Made by a program: the position numbers and the translations under genes
Virus record (IMG/VR): IMGVR_UViG_3300040801_001810
Location: 166,194-230,193 of that record
Strand: one strand, 5' to 3'
From: a virus
Lineage: Duplodnaviria > Heunggongvirae > Uroviricota > Caudoviricetes
DNA: 64,000 nucleotides
Notes under the pieces: model-generated
What the model saw: the letters and a program-made list of their open reading frames with translations, nothing else
Database searches by the model: none
What the model was told of the DNA's origin: nothing
Shown here: positions 18,753 through 27,755 of the stretch, piece by piece
How positions within the stretch are numbered: the stretch's first letter is position 1
Layout of the letters: each line of letters opens with the position of its first letter

Positions 18753-19071
18753 TACCCCTGGAGGTATAGTTACTCTTGATTGTCTTGAATATACTACTAG
18801 ATTTATCTGTCCAGATAATGAAGTATATATTGTTAACATCGAATTTAATGACATGCTTGAAGGATTTAAAAGACTACAAGCAGGAGCATTAATACAAGAT
18901 GCATTTCCAACATTAGACGCTAATGCAAGAGAAATACTTATCTCTGGCACAGGCCCTAAAGCTTGGGATAAACTATTTCCACCAGAAGAAACACCATACT
19001 CTCCATTCGAAGATCCAATCGAATATCATGAGAGTATTGCAGATATTACTGAAGAAGACAAAATCGAGTAG
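18736..19071 (+). CDS. hypothetical protein
   Basis: 111-aa ORF with GTG start in the track. Overlaps the previous small gene by 17 nt. Confidence 0.4.
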   Translation: MKVPINTPGGIVTLDCLEYTTRFICPDNEVYIVNIEFNDMLEGFKRLQAGALIQDAFPTLDANAREILISGTGPKAWDKLFPPEETPYSPFEDPIEYHESIADITEEDKIE

Positions 19072-19224
19072 CTGATAAGGTACGAGTGACCTACTTGAGG
19101 CTACTACAAATGGGCAGGTACAAGTGGCTATCGAAGCGCATTAGCGTGGAGGTCAGATAATAGAGATGGAGGCATAAGCCCTAGAAGTCTGCTATTATAC
19201 CTGTCCTATATATTTAACTCCTCC

Positions 19225-19602
19225 ATGAATGGAGGTTGGGAGGTTGACATGCTTTGGATATTAATCATTGGTATATCAATGGCAATAATTTCAGGTGGAT
19301 TCTGGGTACTAGAATTCAATGAAGGCTTTCAAGCACTCAGATCAATACCAATGCCACAACGCACATTCAATCCATTCAAAGCGGTATCACAATCTGTGAT
19401 GTATCTATTATCAACCATTGCTGCACTATTCAAGTTTTGGAAACTTGTATTAGATGTAGGAGCTACCATATGGTTAGCTGGAAGCTTTGGCTTCAGTGGT
19501 ATGATAGGAGGTGTAATTGGTTTAACAGTTAGTAATGTTATATCAATATACCTCATATCAATACAACCAAAGGGGGGAGGTCAACGTGTTGCTTTCTCCT
19601 GA
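19225..19602 (+). CDS. small multi-pass membrane protein
   Basis: 125 aa with 3-4 hydrophobic helices (WILIIGISMAIISGGFWVL..., ...LAGSFGFSGMIGGVIGLTVSNVISIYLI). Confidence 0.45.
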   Translation: MNGGWEVDMLWILIIGISMAIISGGFWVLEFNEGFQALRSIPMPQRTFNPFKAVSQSVMYLLSTIAALFKFWKLVLDVGATIWLAGSFGFSGMIGGVIGLTVSNVISIYLISIQPKGGGQRVAFS

Positions 19603-19738
19603 AGTAGTTAAATTCATAGAAGAGGAGAGCCAAGTATCTCAAGAGATACAAGAAGTATTTGAAGAAGAAACTAAACTATCTTCTACTCGCTCTTCTAAAA
19701 AACCATCAATGGACGCTCAAGAAGGAGATCTATCATGA
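19535..19738 (+). CDS. hypothetical acidic protein
   Basis: 67-aa ORF. Start uncertain because it overlaps the membrane-protein gene. Confidence 0.3.
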   Translation: MLYQYTSYQYNQRGEVNVLLSPEVVKFIEEESQVSQEIQEVFEEETKLSSTRSSKKPSMDAQEGDLS

Positions 19739-19959
19739 TACTTGGAAAAGATGTACTCAATGCAGATGATAAGCGAATAAATATAGCTAACAAGGCTTAT
19801 TTTATTCAGATGCTTATCCTTGAAGCTCGAGGTCCCAACTGCTGTATCACAACTGAGGACATGTCAGAAGATGGAGATACATTCACATGCAATAAGTGTG
19901 GACGTAAGTGGGAAGTGGTCACATTTGAGCACAGTACCAAAATGATCTGTGTAGGCTAA
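19735..19959 (+). CDS. hypothetical protein with C-terminal CxxC
   Basis: 74-aa ORF with ATGA start/stop overlap with the previous gene. Confidence 0.4.
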   Translation: MILGKDVLNADDKRINIANKAYFIQMLILEARGPNCCITTEDMSEDGDTFTCNKCGRKWEVVTFEHSTKMICVG

Positions 19960-19964
19960 GACAA

Positions 19965-19976
19965 GTGTTAGTCAGT
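19965..19976 (+). promoter_or_regulatory. motif A copy 7 (GTGTTAGTCAGT variant)
   Basis: AAGTGTTAGTCAGTTCAAT, ~37 nt upstream of the ssb start. Confidence 0.4.
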
Positions 19977-20012
19977 TCAATATATCCACCTTATTACCTT
20001 TGGAGGTAAGAA

Positions 20013-20357
20013 ATGTCTTCAGTTAACAAGGCCATTATCATTGGCAATCTTGGCGCAGAACCTGAACTCAGGAAAACACCAGGAGGAAAGTCAGTAGCTA
20101 ATTTCAATGTAGCTACAAATGAGTCCTACACTGATAGTGATGGACAGAAGCATGAGCATACAGAGTGGCATACAATTGTCACCTGGAACAAGCTCGCAGA
20201 GAACTGCTCGCAGTATCTCAAGAAGGGCAGTAACGTCTACGTTGAAGGACGTATTCGTACACGCACATGGGATGATCAAGAAGGCAACAAGCACTATCGC
20301 CAAGAGATCATCGCCGCAGAGGTCAGATTTCTCGATAAGAAACCATCTGACCAGTAA
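20013..20357 (+). CDS. ssb: single-stranded DNA-binding protein (OB fold)
   Basis: MSSVNKAIIIGNLGAEPELRKTPGGKSVANFNVATNESY...TEWHTIVTWNKLAENCSQYLKKGSNVYVEGRIRTRTWDDQEGNKHYRQEIIAAEV aligns block by block with bacterial/phage SSB. RBS tttggaggtaagaaATG. Confidence 0.85.
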   Translation: MSSVNKAIIIGNLGAEPELRKTPGGKSVANFNVATNESYTDSDGQKHEHTEWHTIVTWNKLAENCSQYLKKGSNVYVEGRIRTRTWDDQEGNKHYRQEIIAAEVRFLDKKPSDQ

Positions 20358-20384
20358 ATGTTGGGTAGGGTTGTGCTCAGCTTA

Positions 20385-20410
20385 CTTTCCAGGTAGAGGT
20401 ACCTGGAAAG
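20385..20410 (+). promoter_or_regulatory. perfect 11-bp-stem hairpin CTTTCCAGGTA-GAGG-TACCTGGAAAG downstream of ssb (no T-run)
   Basis: Read directly. Candidate RNA processing, attenuation or protein-binding site. Confidence 0.4.
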
Positions 20411-20554
20411 TCTGCTGAACACTCCTACTGTACCACTACACCTTAATCACGGTATACACCATGTTAACAACAAAAGATTGGCCGTTTATCGTCCTACTTT
20501 GTGCAATAATACTCGTTGTGTATTCGTGGGAGCTTATATTCAAGGAGGACAGCA

Positions 20555-20845
20555 ATGATCCTACGGTTAGCGGACAGAGCATCCAGTCCAGCAATAGCAA
20601 TGATGCTGTTGGCAGAGTTCCACATCAAGAACGGAACAATGCAACAGAGGGTAACAGCTCGTCAGATACAGCAACGATGGATCGACAGAGCACGGATTCA
20701 TTACTCTCAATTCAGGAGAAAAGAAACAGCTCAGGAAAAGAAATTCAGAGAGAATCTCAATGATCAAATAGCTGAGCGAAAAAAACTCATGAATAGAGTA
20801 TCTCGATATGCAGCTAAACAAAGAGCATTAGCAGGTATACAATGA
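20555..20845 (+). CDS. hypothetical basic protein
   Basis: ATG 20555 preceded by ttcaaggaggacagcaATG (perfect SD), in frame with the track ORF 20516..20845. Overlapping alternative-frame ORF 20461..20763 considered less likely beyond its first ~30 codons. Confidence 0.45.
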   Translation: MILRLADRASSPAIAMMLLAEFHIKNGTMQQRVTARQIQQRWIDRARIHYSQFRRKETAQEKKFRENLNDQIAERKKLMNRVSRYAAKQRALAGIQ

Positions 20846-20919
20846 ATTGGTTATTTGTTCCACCAATAACTATCGTTGTGTATCTATTAACATGTGCAAT
20901 ATATAACCTATGGAGAAAG

Positions 20920-21169
20920 TATGGCTAAGTTAAAGATTAGAAAGAATGATAGCCTACTTACTATCAAGGTTGAAGATAATACACGATTGATACTCAATTT
21001 ACAGTGTATCAATATTGCTCATTATCATTGTACAATGTTTGCAGTACAACAATCACTTCGTGGTATTCAAGGAGACACATCACCTATTACAATTGGAGTA
21101 CAGTATGCCAAGAGTCAAATGTATCAGAACGAAAGCTTATCCAGGAGCACAGACAGACCCAATACTTGA
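20920..21169 (+). CDS. hypothetical protein
   Basis: ATG after ctatggagaaagtATGgct, in frame with the track ORF 20894..21169. Confidence 0.35.
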
Positions 21170-21302
21170 GCGTGGTATGTTCTACGATGTAATCGGTGAA
21201 GAACCATCTCTTGCTGATCCTACTCCAATGCTTATTGTCCAGAGAAAAGGACAACAGATAACTCGACCACGTTGTATGTTTGGTAAAATACTTATTAATT
21301 AA
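21105..21302 (+). CDS. hypothetical protein (overlapping frame)
   Basis: MPRVKCIRTKAYPG... after attggagtacagtATG, in frame with track ORF 21015..21302. Overlap with the preceding call is unresolved. Confidence 0.3.
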   Translation: MPRVKCIRTKAYPGAQTDPILERGMFYDVIGEEPSLADPTPMLIVQRKGQQITRPRCMFGKILIN

Positions 21303-21311
21303 GGATTTATT

Positions 21312-21596
21312 ATGATTAAAAGACTATTTAAATTCATTAAGAATGTAGCTATGGCCGCATTAAATACTCTAAAAGATTTTGTACAGGATATTGTACAGAA
21401 TGCAGAGTCAACTGTGATTCTAATTACTTCGGCAGTTGGTGTCACAGCTATACTCACAGAGTTGCCTTTTCATTATGCTTTACCTGCTATTATCGATGCT
21501 CCTCTAGCAATTCCTGTACTTAGTACATTTATTGTACTAGGACTTATTACTTTGATGCAATATAGGTTCCGTTCTTTTTCTGGTTATCAAGTTTAG
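21312..21596 (+). CDS. small membrane protein
   Basis: 94 aa with two hydrophobic helices. Confidence 0.4.
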   Translation: MIKRLFKFIKNVAMAALNTLKDFVQDIVQNAESTVILITSAVGVTAILTELPFHYALPAIIDAPLAIPVLSTFIVLGLITLMQYRFRSFSGYQV

Positions 21597-21619
21597 AAAG
21601 GATTTGAAGATTAGTATAT

Positions 21620-21925
21620 ATGACTTCGTTTAAACCAAATTCATTAAGAATTCAAAAGTATTCAGCATTTGCTCAAGTAGCAATAATAGGAGTACCAAAA
21701 ATTAATAGATCGTTTAGCTATTACTTTACTCCTAGAGGTAAAAAAACTTTATCAAAGATTCGAAATGCTCTTATTGAACAAAAGAAACCTGTTCAATTTA
21801 TAGCAGTAGAACTTTTAATTAAGAATAATTCAACATTATTTGATGATGAAATGAAACGTATATTTTGTAATATGTCCGCTGATAATTATCGTCAAATAAA
21901 AGTTCGCTATGGGAATAATACTTAG
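21620..21925 (+). CDS. hypothetical protein
   Basis: 101-aa ORF. Confidence 0.4.
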   Translation: MTSFKPNSLRIQKYSAFAQVAIIGVPKINRSFSYYFTPRGKKTLSKIRNALIEQKKPVQFIAVELLIKNNSTLFDDEMKRIFCNMSADNYRQIKVRYGNNT

Positions 21926-21933
21926 GAGGATGA

Positions 21934-22263
21934 ATGAAAGCATCATGCACATGGAGTGAAGCAGAAGATGTATGCATCGAACTTGATGGTACAGAATTAA
22001 TGTTATTTGAACCACCATCAAAGTTTGAAAGATTCAAAGATGGTATAGTTTCAAAAGGACAAATAGCATTGAGTGCTAATGATGCTATTGAGCTTGCATC
22101 ACAATTACAAGCAGCAGCTATAACTGCACAGGAACTTGAAGAAGGATATGCTAAGGCTTGTGATGAAGATGCATTGAAAGATCAAGAAATAGCATTACAT
22201 GAATCAGGGGTATTACGTTATGACGATCATGACCAACACATCAATAGGACTAATCAAGGGTAG
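21934..22263 (+). CDS. hypothetical acidic protein
   Basis: 109-aa ORF with RBS taggaggatgaATG. Confidence 0.45.
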   Translation: MKASCTWSEAEDVCIELDGTELMLFEPPSKFERFKDGIVSKGQIALSANDAIELASQLQAAAITAQELEEGYAKACDEDALKDQEIALHESGVLRYDDHDQHINRTNQG

Positions 22264-23971
22264 AAATACTTTTCTTGATTTTAGTCCTGGACTTGTACAA
22301 TTAGTTAAGCTGCGCTGGCTAAGACGAACAATACATGCAGTTGCAGTAGGAAGGAAAAGTTATGAAGTACTTAAAGGCACAAAAGGGATTACTGATGTGC
22401 TTGGTTCTACTATTGCCAATAGTCTTCTTAGGACTACAACGAATAGGTTTAGAACTCTCACAATCTCAGCACATAGAGCTGCCACTATCAATAATGTTGG
22501 GCTTAGCTTACGTGGGCTGGGTGCTACTCGTCGTATTCCAGTTGGACCGATGCATACAGATAGCAAAGGAAGAGTCGTCAAAGAAATTAGAATTATGTAT
22601 CACGAAGCCAATAGAGCAGGAAAACATCTCGACATCCACATTGGTAGTCAATCGCTCGTTATGCGAATCGATGGCAAACACGTTGCTACAACATTATCCT
22701 ATGGAAAAGATGGTAAACTCACAGAAAGAGCTAAGCGATCTCTTATTCAACATGTTAAACGAGAAATAACTAATAACTCAAGAGTAGTGCACAATCATGA
22801 TCATACAGTAACTAACGCTAGATGCTCATGGCTTGATCCAATTAAAGAAGGATATGGTTCAGGTAAAACTCGTCAAACTGTACTTGTTGATAAAGCAGAA
22901 TTGTATCACCCTCAACTTGAAACATCACAACATTGGTATATTCCAAGCTTATTCCCAAATCAAGGAACATACATACACAAAATATACCCTGGATCTAAAA
23001 CTACCGCACCAATACTTATTTGGGGCAAGCTAATACCAAGGGATGTAAAGTTTGAGGATAGATTACATCTTAAAATGATTCAACCAGAGGATATAACGAA
23101 GTATATCTCAACAATTGACCCATCAACAAACACAAGGAAATATGATGGAGCATCAGCCTATTTCACCACAAATGGTATCGGGTTCAAATTCTTCTCACCA
23201 AGATACTCGAAGGACACAGGACATAGAATTGAGTACACTTACAAGGTACCAGAGTTCTGCTTCCCACCAAATTACTGGTCACGAGGATTACATTCACGAA
23301 TTAGCCAAGCAACAGGGATGGGAGAACTCCTCTTCTGGAAACGAACTACAAGTGGTAAGATACTCCACGCCATGTTCAATATCAGAGGCCCTGAGAATTG
23401 GTGTTGGAATTATATCCCAGCAGCAAGCATCGGAGGAATCTTAAATGGACATTCAGTTCGTTCACGATCCATTATGCCAGAGCTACGGATCTATAGAATT
23501 GACAGTCTCAATGGAACAAGGACGATTAATCTACCCTTCCATGAAAATCGCATTCTCCAGACAAGAGTTGCCTCTTCTAACAACGTCAATGTCAAAGTCG
23601 TGGCTCTCAGCAGCACCAAAAGACGAACCGACTGGGAGGGTTTTGTTGGTGTTCCCTACAACTCAAGCATCATTTCAGGGCTTAAGATCAAATGGTGGGG
23701 AGATACCAATGATTGGAGAGTAATAGCTAATGAACTCAGTCTCTCACCAAAAGGAAATATCCAAGGAACTCTCAGATTTAGAAGTTTGGAATCTGGAAGA
23801 GAATTCAAACTTGGGCCAGGCTCCATTGGTTCATTTGACGAGAACATGCGACTGCTCGATATGTCGCAAACAGCACAGGATCTTGTTGCTAAAGTTCAAT
23901 CTCGAAATGGCCATGAAGGAAGAGCAGCTAAATTAGTTGAATGGCATTTATGTAAGGGAATAGGTATTTGA
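22199..23971 (+). CDS. ATP-dependent (DNA/RNA) ligase-like nucleotidyltransferase; start codon uncertain
   Basis: Motif I RKYDGASAYF (KxDG), motif III-like MGELLFW, motif IV-like WEGFVGVP, motif V-like SGLKIKW in the order typical of covalent nucleotidyltransferases. Long N-terminal extension. Possible true start GTG ~22393 or ATG ~22549. Confidence 0.5.
   Translation: MNQGYYVMTIMTNTSIGLIKGRNTFLDFSPGLVQLVKLRWLRRTIHAVAVGRKSYEVLKGTKGITDVLGSTIANSLLRTTTNRFRTLTISAHRAATINNVGLSLRGLGATRRIPVGPMHTDSKGRVVKEIRIMYHEANRAGKHLDIHIGSQSLVMRIDGKHVATTLSYGKDGKLTERAKRSLIQHVKREITNNSRVVHNHDHTVTNARCSWLDPIKEGYGSGKTRQTVLVDKAELYHPQLETSQHWYIPSLFPNQGTYIHKIYPGSKTTAPILIWGKLIPRDVKFEDRLHLKMIQPEDITKYISTIDPSTNTRKYDGASAYFTTNGIGFKFFSPRYSKDTGHRIEYTYKVPEFCFPPNYWSRGLHSRISQATGMGELLFWKRTTSGKILHAMFNIRGPENWCWNYIPAASIGGILNGHSVRSRSIMPELRIYRIDSLNGTRTINLPFHENRILQTRVASSNNVNVKVVALSSTKRRTDWEGFVGVPYNSSIISGLKIKWWGDTNDWRVIANELSLSPKGNIQGTLRFRSLESGREFKLGPGSIGSFDENMRLLDMSQTAQDLVAKVQSRNGHEGRAAKLVEWHLCKGIGI
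22304..22325 (+). promoter_or_regulatory. motif B copy 5 (TTAAGCTGCGCTGGCTAAGACG)
   Basis: Lies inside the 5' end of the 22199..23971 track ORF. This suggests the true start of that gene is downstream. Confidence 0.35.
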
Positions 23972-24012
23972 CTTTCTCATATTTTCAGTATATACATTAA
24001 AAAAGGACAGCT

Positions 24013-24546
24013 ATGTCTAGAAAAGATAAGTGGATCATATTAATGATAATAATTGCTATATTTGTGGGTATAATTGAGTTATATATGAACTCAAAGAAAC
24101 CATATATAGCAATTCCAGTCAAACCAGATTCTATTCAAGTTGTAATAGATACTATTACATCTAATGGCACATCTATAGTAAAAGAACCAGTGCCTGAACA
24201 TGTTATCACTGAAATTAAGCTACCTACTATAATATCTCTTCCTATAAAGAAAGAAATAAAAGATACTGTTATGAGTTATCATGACTCAATTAATAGTATG
24301 TTTGAACATATTATAGGTGTAGTAGATACACCTAAATCATCACCATGTATTGGTACAACGAATCTAAAAGGTAAGACAGTATGTGTTGGTATGTCAACAA
24401 AAGAAGTATTTAAACTATGGGGGTATCCCAGTATTAGAAAGAAAGCAACCAGAAGATTTCTTGTTCATGAATTATTTATTTACAATGATATTAGGTTGTA
24501 CTTTCATAAGGATACTCTTGCCTTAGTTTCATCACCAATCAGATAA
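24013..24546 (+). CDS. membrane-anchored hypothetical protein
   Basis: 177 aa. N-terminal WIILMIIIAIFVGIIELY TM helix. Confidence 0.45.
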   Translation: MSRKDKWIILMIIIAIFVGIIELYMNSKKPYIAIPVKPDSIQVVIDTITSNGTSIVKEPVPEHVITEIKLPTIISLPIKKEIKDTVMSYHDSINSMFEHIIGVVDTPKSSPCIGTTNLKGKTVCVGMSTKEVFKLWGYPSIRKKATRRFLVHELFIYNDIRLYFHKDTLALVSSPIR

Positions 24547-24624
24547 CTGGTCGCAATTTGCGACCTCAACAAACATACTGTGGTGTATTTATTATTTTCT
24601 ATACAATAGCTATAAGCTATAGAA

Positions 24625-25065
24625 ATGGGTGTGGGTATGAAAATTATTAAAAAACCTAGCACATTTATTCCAGAGAATGAAGATTGCCCAATAAGTAAAA
24701 CATTAACATCTGTTAATTGTGATACTAATAAAGCATACATATTAAATGATGCTGGATTTAAGAAACAATTTGGTAATTATTGGGAAGAAATCAAAAATAC
24801 ATGTACTAAATTTTGTCAAGAAGTAGGAAAGCGTTATCCAAATGGTATATCAGAATATGATTTAGATAAGTATTATTATAATATAATGTGTGTTGTACTT
24901 AATGATACATTAAGAAAAAAAGGAAGAAAAACAATAGAAAGAATCATTAATACTATATTCTGTGGTGATAAATGGGAATCTTTAAGATTAAGATATAAAA
25001 TAGTACTTCTTGGTGAAACACACGGAAATACAAAGATTAAAACACGCAAGGAGAGCCAAGGATAG
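24625..25065 (+). CDS. hypothetical protein
   Basis: 146-aa ORF. Confidence 0.4.
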   Translation: MGVGMKIIKKPSTFIPENEDCPISKTLTSVNCDTNKAYILNDAGFKKQFGNYWEEIKNTCTKFCQEVGKRYPNGISEYDLDKYYYNIMCVVLNDTLRKKGRKTIERIINTIFCGDKWESLRLRYKIVLLGETHGNTKIKTRKESQG

Positions 25066-25120
25066 CCATTGAAACACTTTTATAACTATTTGTGTTATAA
25101 CTCAAAGCAAAGGATGAAAG

Positions 25121-25624
25121 ATGCTTAAACCAAACCTCAGAAAAGAGAAAATCATGGCAGCTAAACCTGAAATTGGTGATCTTGTTGAAGACAAAATCTC
25201 AGGATACAAAGGTATTGTATCTGATATAACAGTATTTGTAGCTGGCTGTGAACGTGTAGGTGTTAAATCACAAGAACTACATGAAGGAAAACTTATCGAT
25301 ACTTGTGTCTTTGATTCTCCAAATCTTAAGGTTATTAAGAGTAAAGTAATTACACCAAAAAAGACTAAGAAACAAAAATATAAACTTGGTGATAAACTTA
25401 AATGTAAACTCACTGGATATACTGGTGTAGCTACATCAATGACAGAAAGTATATCTGGTACTAGACGTTTTGGCATATCACCACAAAAGATTCAAGAAGG
25501 AAAGCCAATAGATGGATATTCTTTCAACGAAGAACTTGTTGAACTTGTTAAAGAAGAAATTCACAAACCAGAAAAAAGATCACGTACTGGTGGAGATCAA
25601 GTAGTACCAAGATCTGCATTCTGA
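25121..25624 (+). CDS. hypothetical protein with internal tandem duplication
   Basis: Two related ~60-aa repeats (GDLVEDKISGYKGIVSDIT...GVKSQELHEGKLID / GDKLKCKLTGYTGVATSMT...GISPQKIQEGKPID). KOW/SH3-like small barrel guess. Confidence 0.45.
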   Translation: MLKPNLRKEKIMAAKPEIGDLVEDKISGYKGIVSDITVFVAGCERVGVKSQELHEGKLIDTCVFDSPNLKVIKSKVITPKKTKKQKYKLGDKLKCKLTGYTGVATSMTESISGTRRFGISPQKIQEGKPIDGYSFNEELVELVKEEIHKPEKRSRTGGDQVVPRSAF

Positions 25625-25636
25625 AGGAGAGCCGTA

Positions 25637-25906
25637 ATGAAACAGTTTCTTATTATTCTTTCTATTTGTTGTGTGTTTGGGTGTCAAGCAACAAACCCAA
25701 CATCAGCGATCATAACTCCTGATACATTGTATACTCCTGCTGTTACATCAGAAGGAGATACAACAGACTTATTCTGGAGATCAATTATAACGCCAACTGA
25801 CACAGCAGTAGCTATTGTTGATAGTACTGATAGTGTATTAGTTGATATACCACAAAAAGACGAAATAGACTGGGATTGTCTGCTTCGAATAACCTGCATC
25901 GAATAG
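25637..25906 (+). CDS. putative lipoprotein
   Basis: MKQFLIILSICCVFGCQA signal peptide with lipobox-like FGC. Confidence 0.4.
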   Translation: MKQFLIILSICCVFGCQATNPTSAIITPDTLYTPAVTSEGDTTDLFWRSIITPTDTAVAIVDSTDSVLVDIPQKDEIDWDCLLRITCIE

Positions 25907-26214
25907 GAGAATTGATGGGTGATTTCAAGGGTACTGTACAGGTAAGGGATACTCTACAGTACACTGATTTTGTGTTTGGGCCACAATCACTGATAACTGG
26001 TAAAGAACTATTGCTAATTGACTTTGACGAAGACACCTGTGATTGCATGTGGAGTTATACTGGTATTGTCAAGATTGACATTCGTGACATTAAGAAAATT
26101 AACCACAATATACTTGTAAATCCCAACAAGTATCTCCATGAAATGAACAACGACGAAACAAGGGAGTTAGTTCAAGAATGGATAGCTAGAAAAACAATAA
26201 GGAAGGAGGAATAA
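25876..26214 (+). CDS. hypothetical protein
   Basis: 112-aa ORF. True start probably the internal ATG (MGDFKG...) after aggagaattgATG. Confidence 0.4.
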   Translation: MSASNNLHRIGELMGDFKGTVQVRDTLQYTDFVFGPQSLITGKELLLIDFDEDTCDCMWSYTGIVKIDIRDIKKINHNILVNPNKYLHEMNNDETRELVQEWIARKTIRKEE

Positions 26215-26286
26215 TGAGACTAGAGGGAAACTAATCCATCATCACACTATAGTACAGGAGGAAAACAAAAATCAAAGGAGTTTAAT

Positions 26287-26655
26287 ATGGACTTCTCGAC
26301 TATTGCTTCAGAACTAAATACAGAGAGAAGAACATCAAAACGTCCTGGCTTTAAAAGAAATAAGCGAGGATTATTGCAGAAAACGATGCGTGCAATGTTG
26401 TCACTCAGGACAGCAGAAGGGATTAAACCGCTTGGAAATGGTTACGTTTGTTACGCAGATCAAGATCCAAGAGAGGATAGACCAGAAGCTGAATTGATAA
26501 GGTCCCATGTCTGGAGACAGGAACAAGTAGGAGAGTTATGGGCCTTTTTCAATGGAAAGACTTTTCCACTTGCTTCGGTCTGTCCTTCAGGATCAAGAAA
26601 CCTCAATAGAGGTTTTATCACACAAGGAGGACAATCAGTTGTCATAGATCTTTAG
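26287..26655 (+). CDS. hypothetical protein, GC-rich codon usage
   Basis: 122-aa ORF with RBS caaaggagtttaatATG. Composition resembles the 15275 gene. Confidence 0.45.
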   Translation: MDFSTIASELNTERRTSKRPGFKRNKRGLLQKTMRAMLSLRTAEGIKPLGNGYVCYADQDPREDRPEAELIRSHVWRQEQVGELWAFFNGKTFPLASVCPSGSRNLNRGFITQGGQSVVIDL

Positions 26656-26671
26656 TGTTTGTCAGATTAGG
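26653..26671 (+). promoter_or_regulatory. motif A copy 8 (TAGTGTTTGTCAGATTAGG)
   Basis: Overlaps the stop codon of the 26287 gene. Confidence 0.45.
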
Positions 26672-26752
26672 GGAATTTCTGGTTAGTTATGAAGGCCAGC
26701 TTGAAGGAGATAAGAACTTAATTCCTCCTTTAATTTTTTTAAAGGATTTATC

Positions 26753-26854
26753 ATGAAATTCATATTTAGTATGTTCAGGACAATAGCAGTTATTGCTGCA
26801 ATTTATGTAGTAGGATTTATTGCAGGAACTGCTGGCGGGCTGATAATAGCTTAG
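26753..26854 (+). CDS. small hydrophobic peptide (33 aa)
   Basis: aaaggatttatcATG. MKFIFSMFRTIAVIAAIYVVGFIAGTAGGLIIA. Confidence 0.3.
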   Translation: MKFIFSMFRTIAVIAAIYVVGFIAGTAGGLIIA

Positions 26855-26862
26855 GAGAAATT

Positions 26863-27474
26863 ATGATTTATGTAGGTATCGGAGCAAGAGTTACACCTAT
26901 CTCAAGACTCAATCTCATGACTGAGATAGGAATGTATCTATCTAGCTATGGATGGATACTAAGAAGTGGTGGAGCAGAAGGTGCTGATACTGCATTTGAG
27001 CAAGGTCATGATACAACTCCAGGTAGTGTAAAGGAAATCTATCTTCCAGTTAAACATTACAGACAACATCCATCTAAACTATATCTTGAGCACGACTCAG
27101 TTGATGATATAGGTGCAGAAAGAATTGGTGGGTATGTTTGGAAGAAAAGAACAGATAGAACATGTGAATGGCAATCATTAAAACCATTCACTAAAGCTAA
27201 CATGGTAAGAGATGTACTCCAAATCCTTGGAAAAGACATAAAAAGTGAGTGCGATGTTGTTATCTGTTGGACACAAGATGGTAAAGCATCGGGCGGTACT
27301 GGCATGGCTATGTGGACAGCTCAGTATATGACTGAGCTTACTGGACGAAGAATTCCAATCATTAATCTTCAAAATGAGTCTCATAGACAAGCTATTAAGA
27401 ATACAATGAAAGGAACTGATCCAAAGTTATTAGTTGAACATATGAAAGGGTATCCAAATGTCGGATTCTGTTGA
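26863..27474 (+). CDS. DprA/Smf-like Rossmann (SLOG-superfamily) protein
   Basis: MIYVGIGARVTPISRLNLMTEIGMYLSSYGWILRSGGAEGADTAFEQG matches the DprA core (hhGSR...SGgA.G.D...H). RBS cttaggagaaattATG. Confidence 0.5.
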   Translation: MIYVGIGARVTPISRLNLMTEIGMYLSSYGWILRSGGAEGADTAFEQGHDTTPGSVKEIYLPVKHYRQHPSKLYLEHDSVDDIGAERIGGYVWKKRTDRTCEWQSLKPFTKANMVRDVLQILGKDIKSECDVVICWTQDGKASGGTGMAMWTAQYMTELTGRRIPIINLQNESHRQAIKNTMKGTDPKLLVEHMKGYPNVGFC

Positions 27475-27658
27475 TTCAATACTGCATTGGATGTCTCTCT
27501 CACCCAAAGAAAGAGAAAAGGAAATCCTTGATAGGGCAGCAATTAATCATGTAATGCTACATGGTTTACCATTTGGATACAATAATGTATCAGATCTTAT
27601 CAATGACATAGACCTCATACATCAAGTACCATGTCTTCCAGATCCAATAATTGTATAA
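27458..27658 (+). CDS. hypothetical protein
   Basis: 66-aa ORF. Confidence 0.3.
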   Translation: MSDSVDSILHWMSLSPKEREKEILDRAAINHVMLHGLPFGYNNVSDLINDIDLIHQVPCLPDPIIV

Positions 27659-27755
27659 ATATCAATAACTTATAATAATTTTCAACTTATCCGTTTAACT
27701 ATAATTTGGGGTAGTAATTCAACCCTAAAATATAGGAAAACTAAGGAGGATAAGA

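Noticed and set aside
22362-22769. 135-aa ORF with a perfect RBS
   Set aside because: Overlaps the ligase frame, which carries real catalytic motifs. Product is hydrophobic/low complexity. Recorded as a start-site ambiguity instead.
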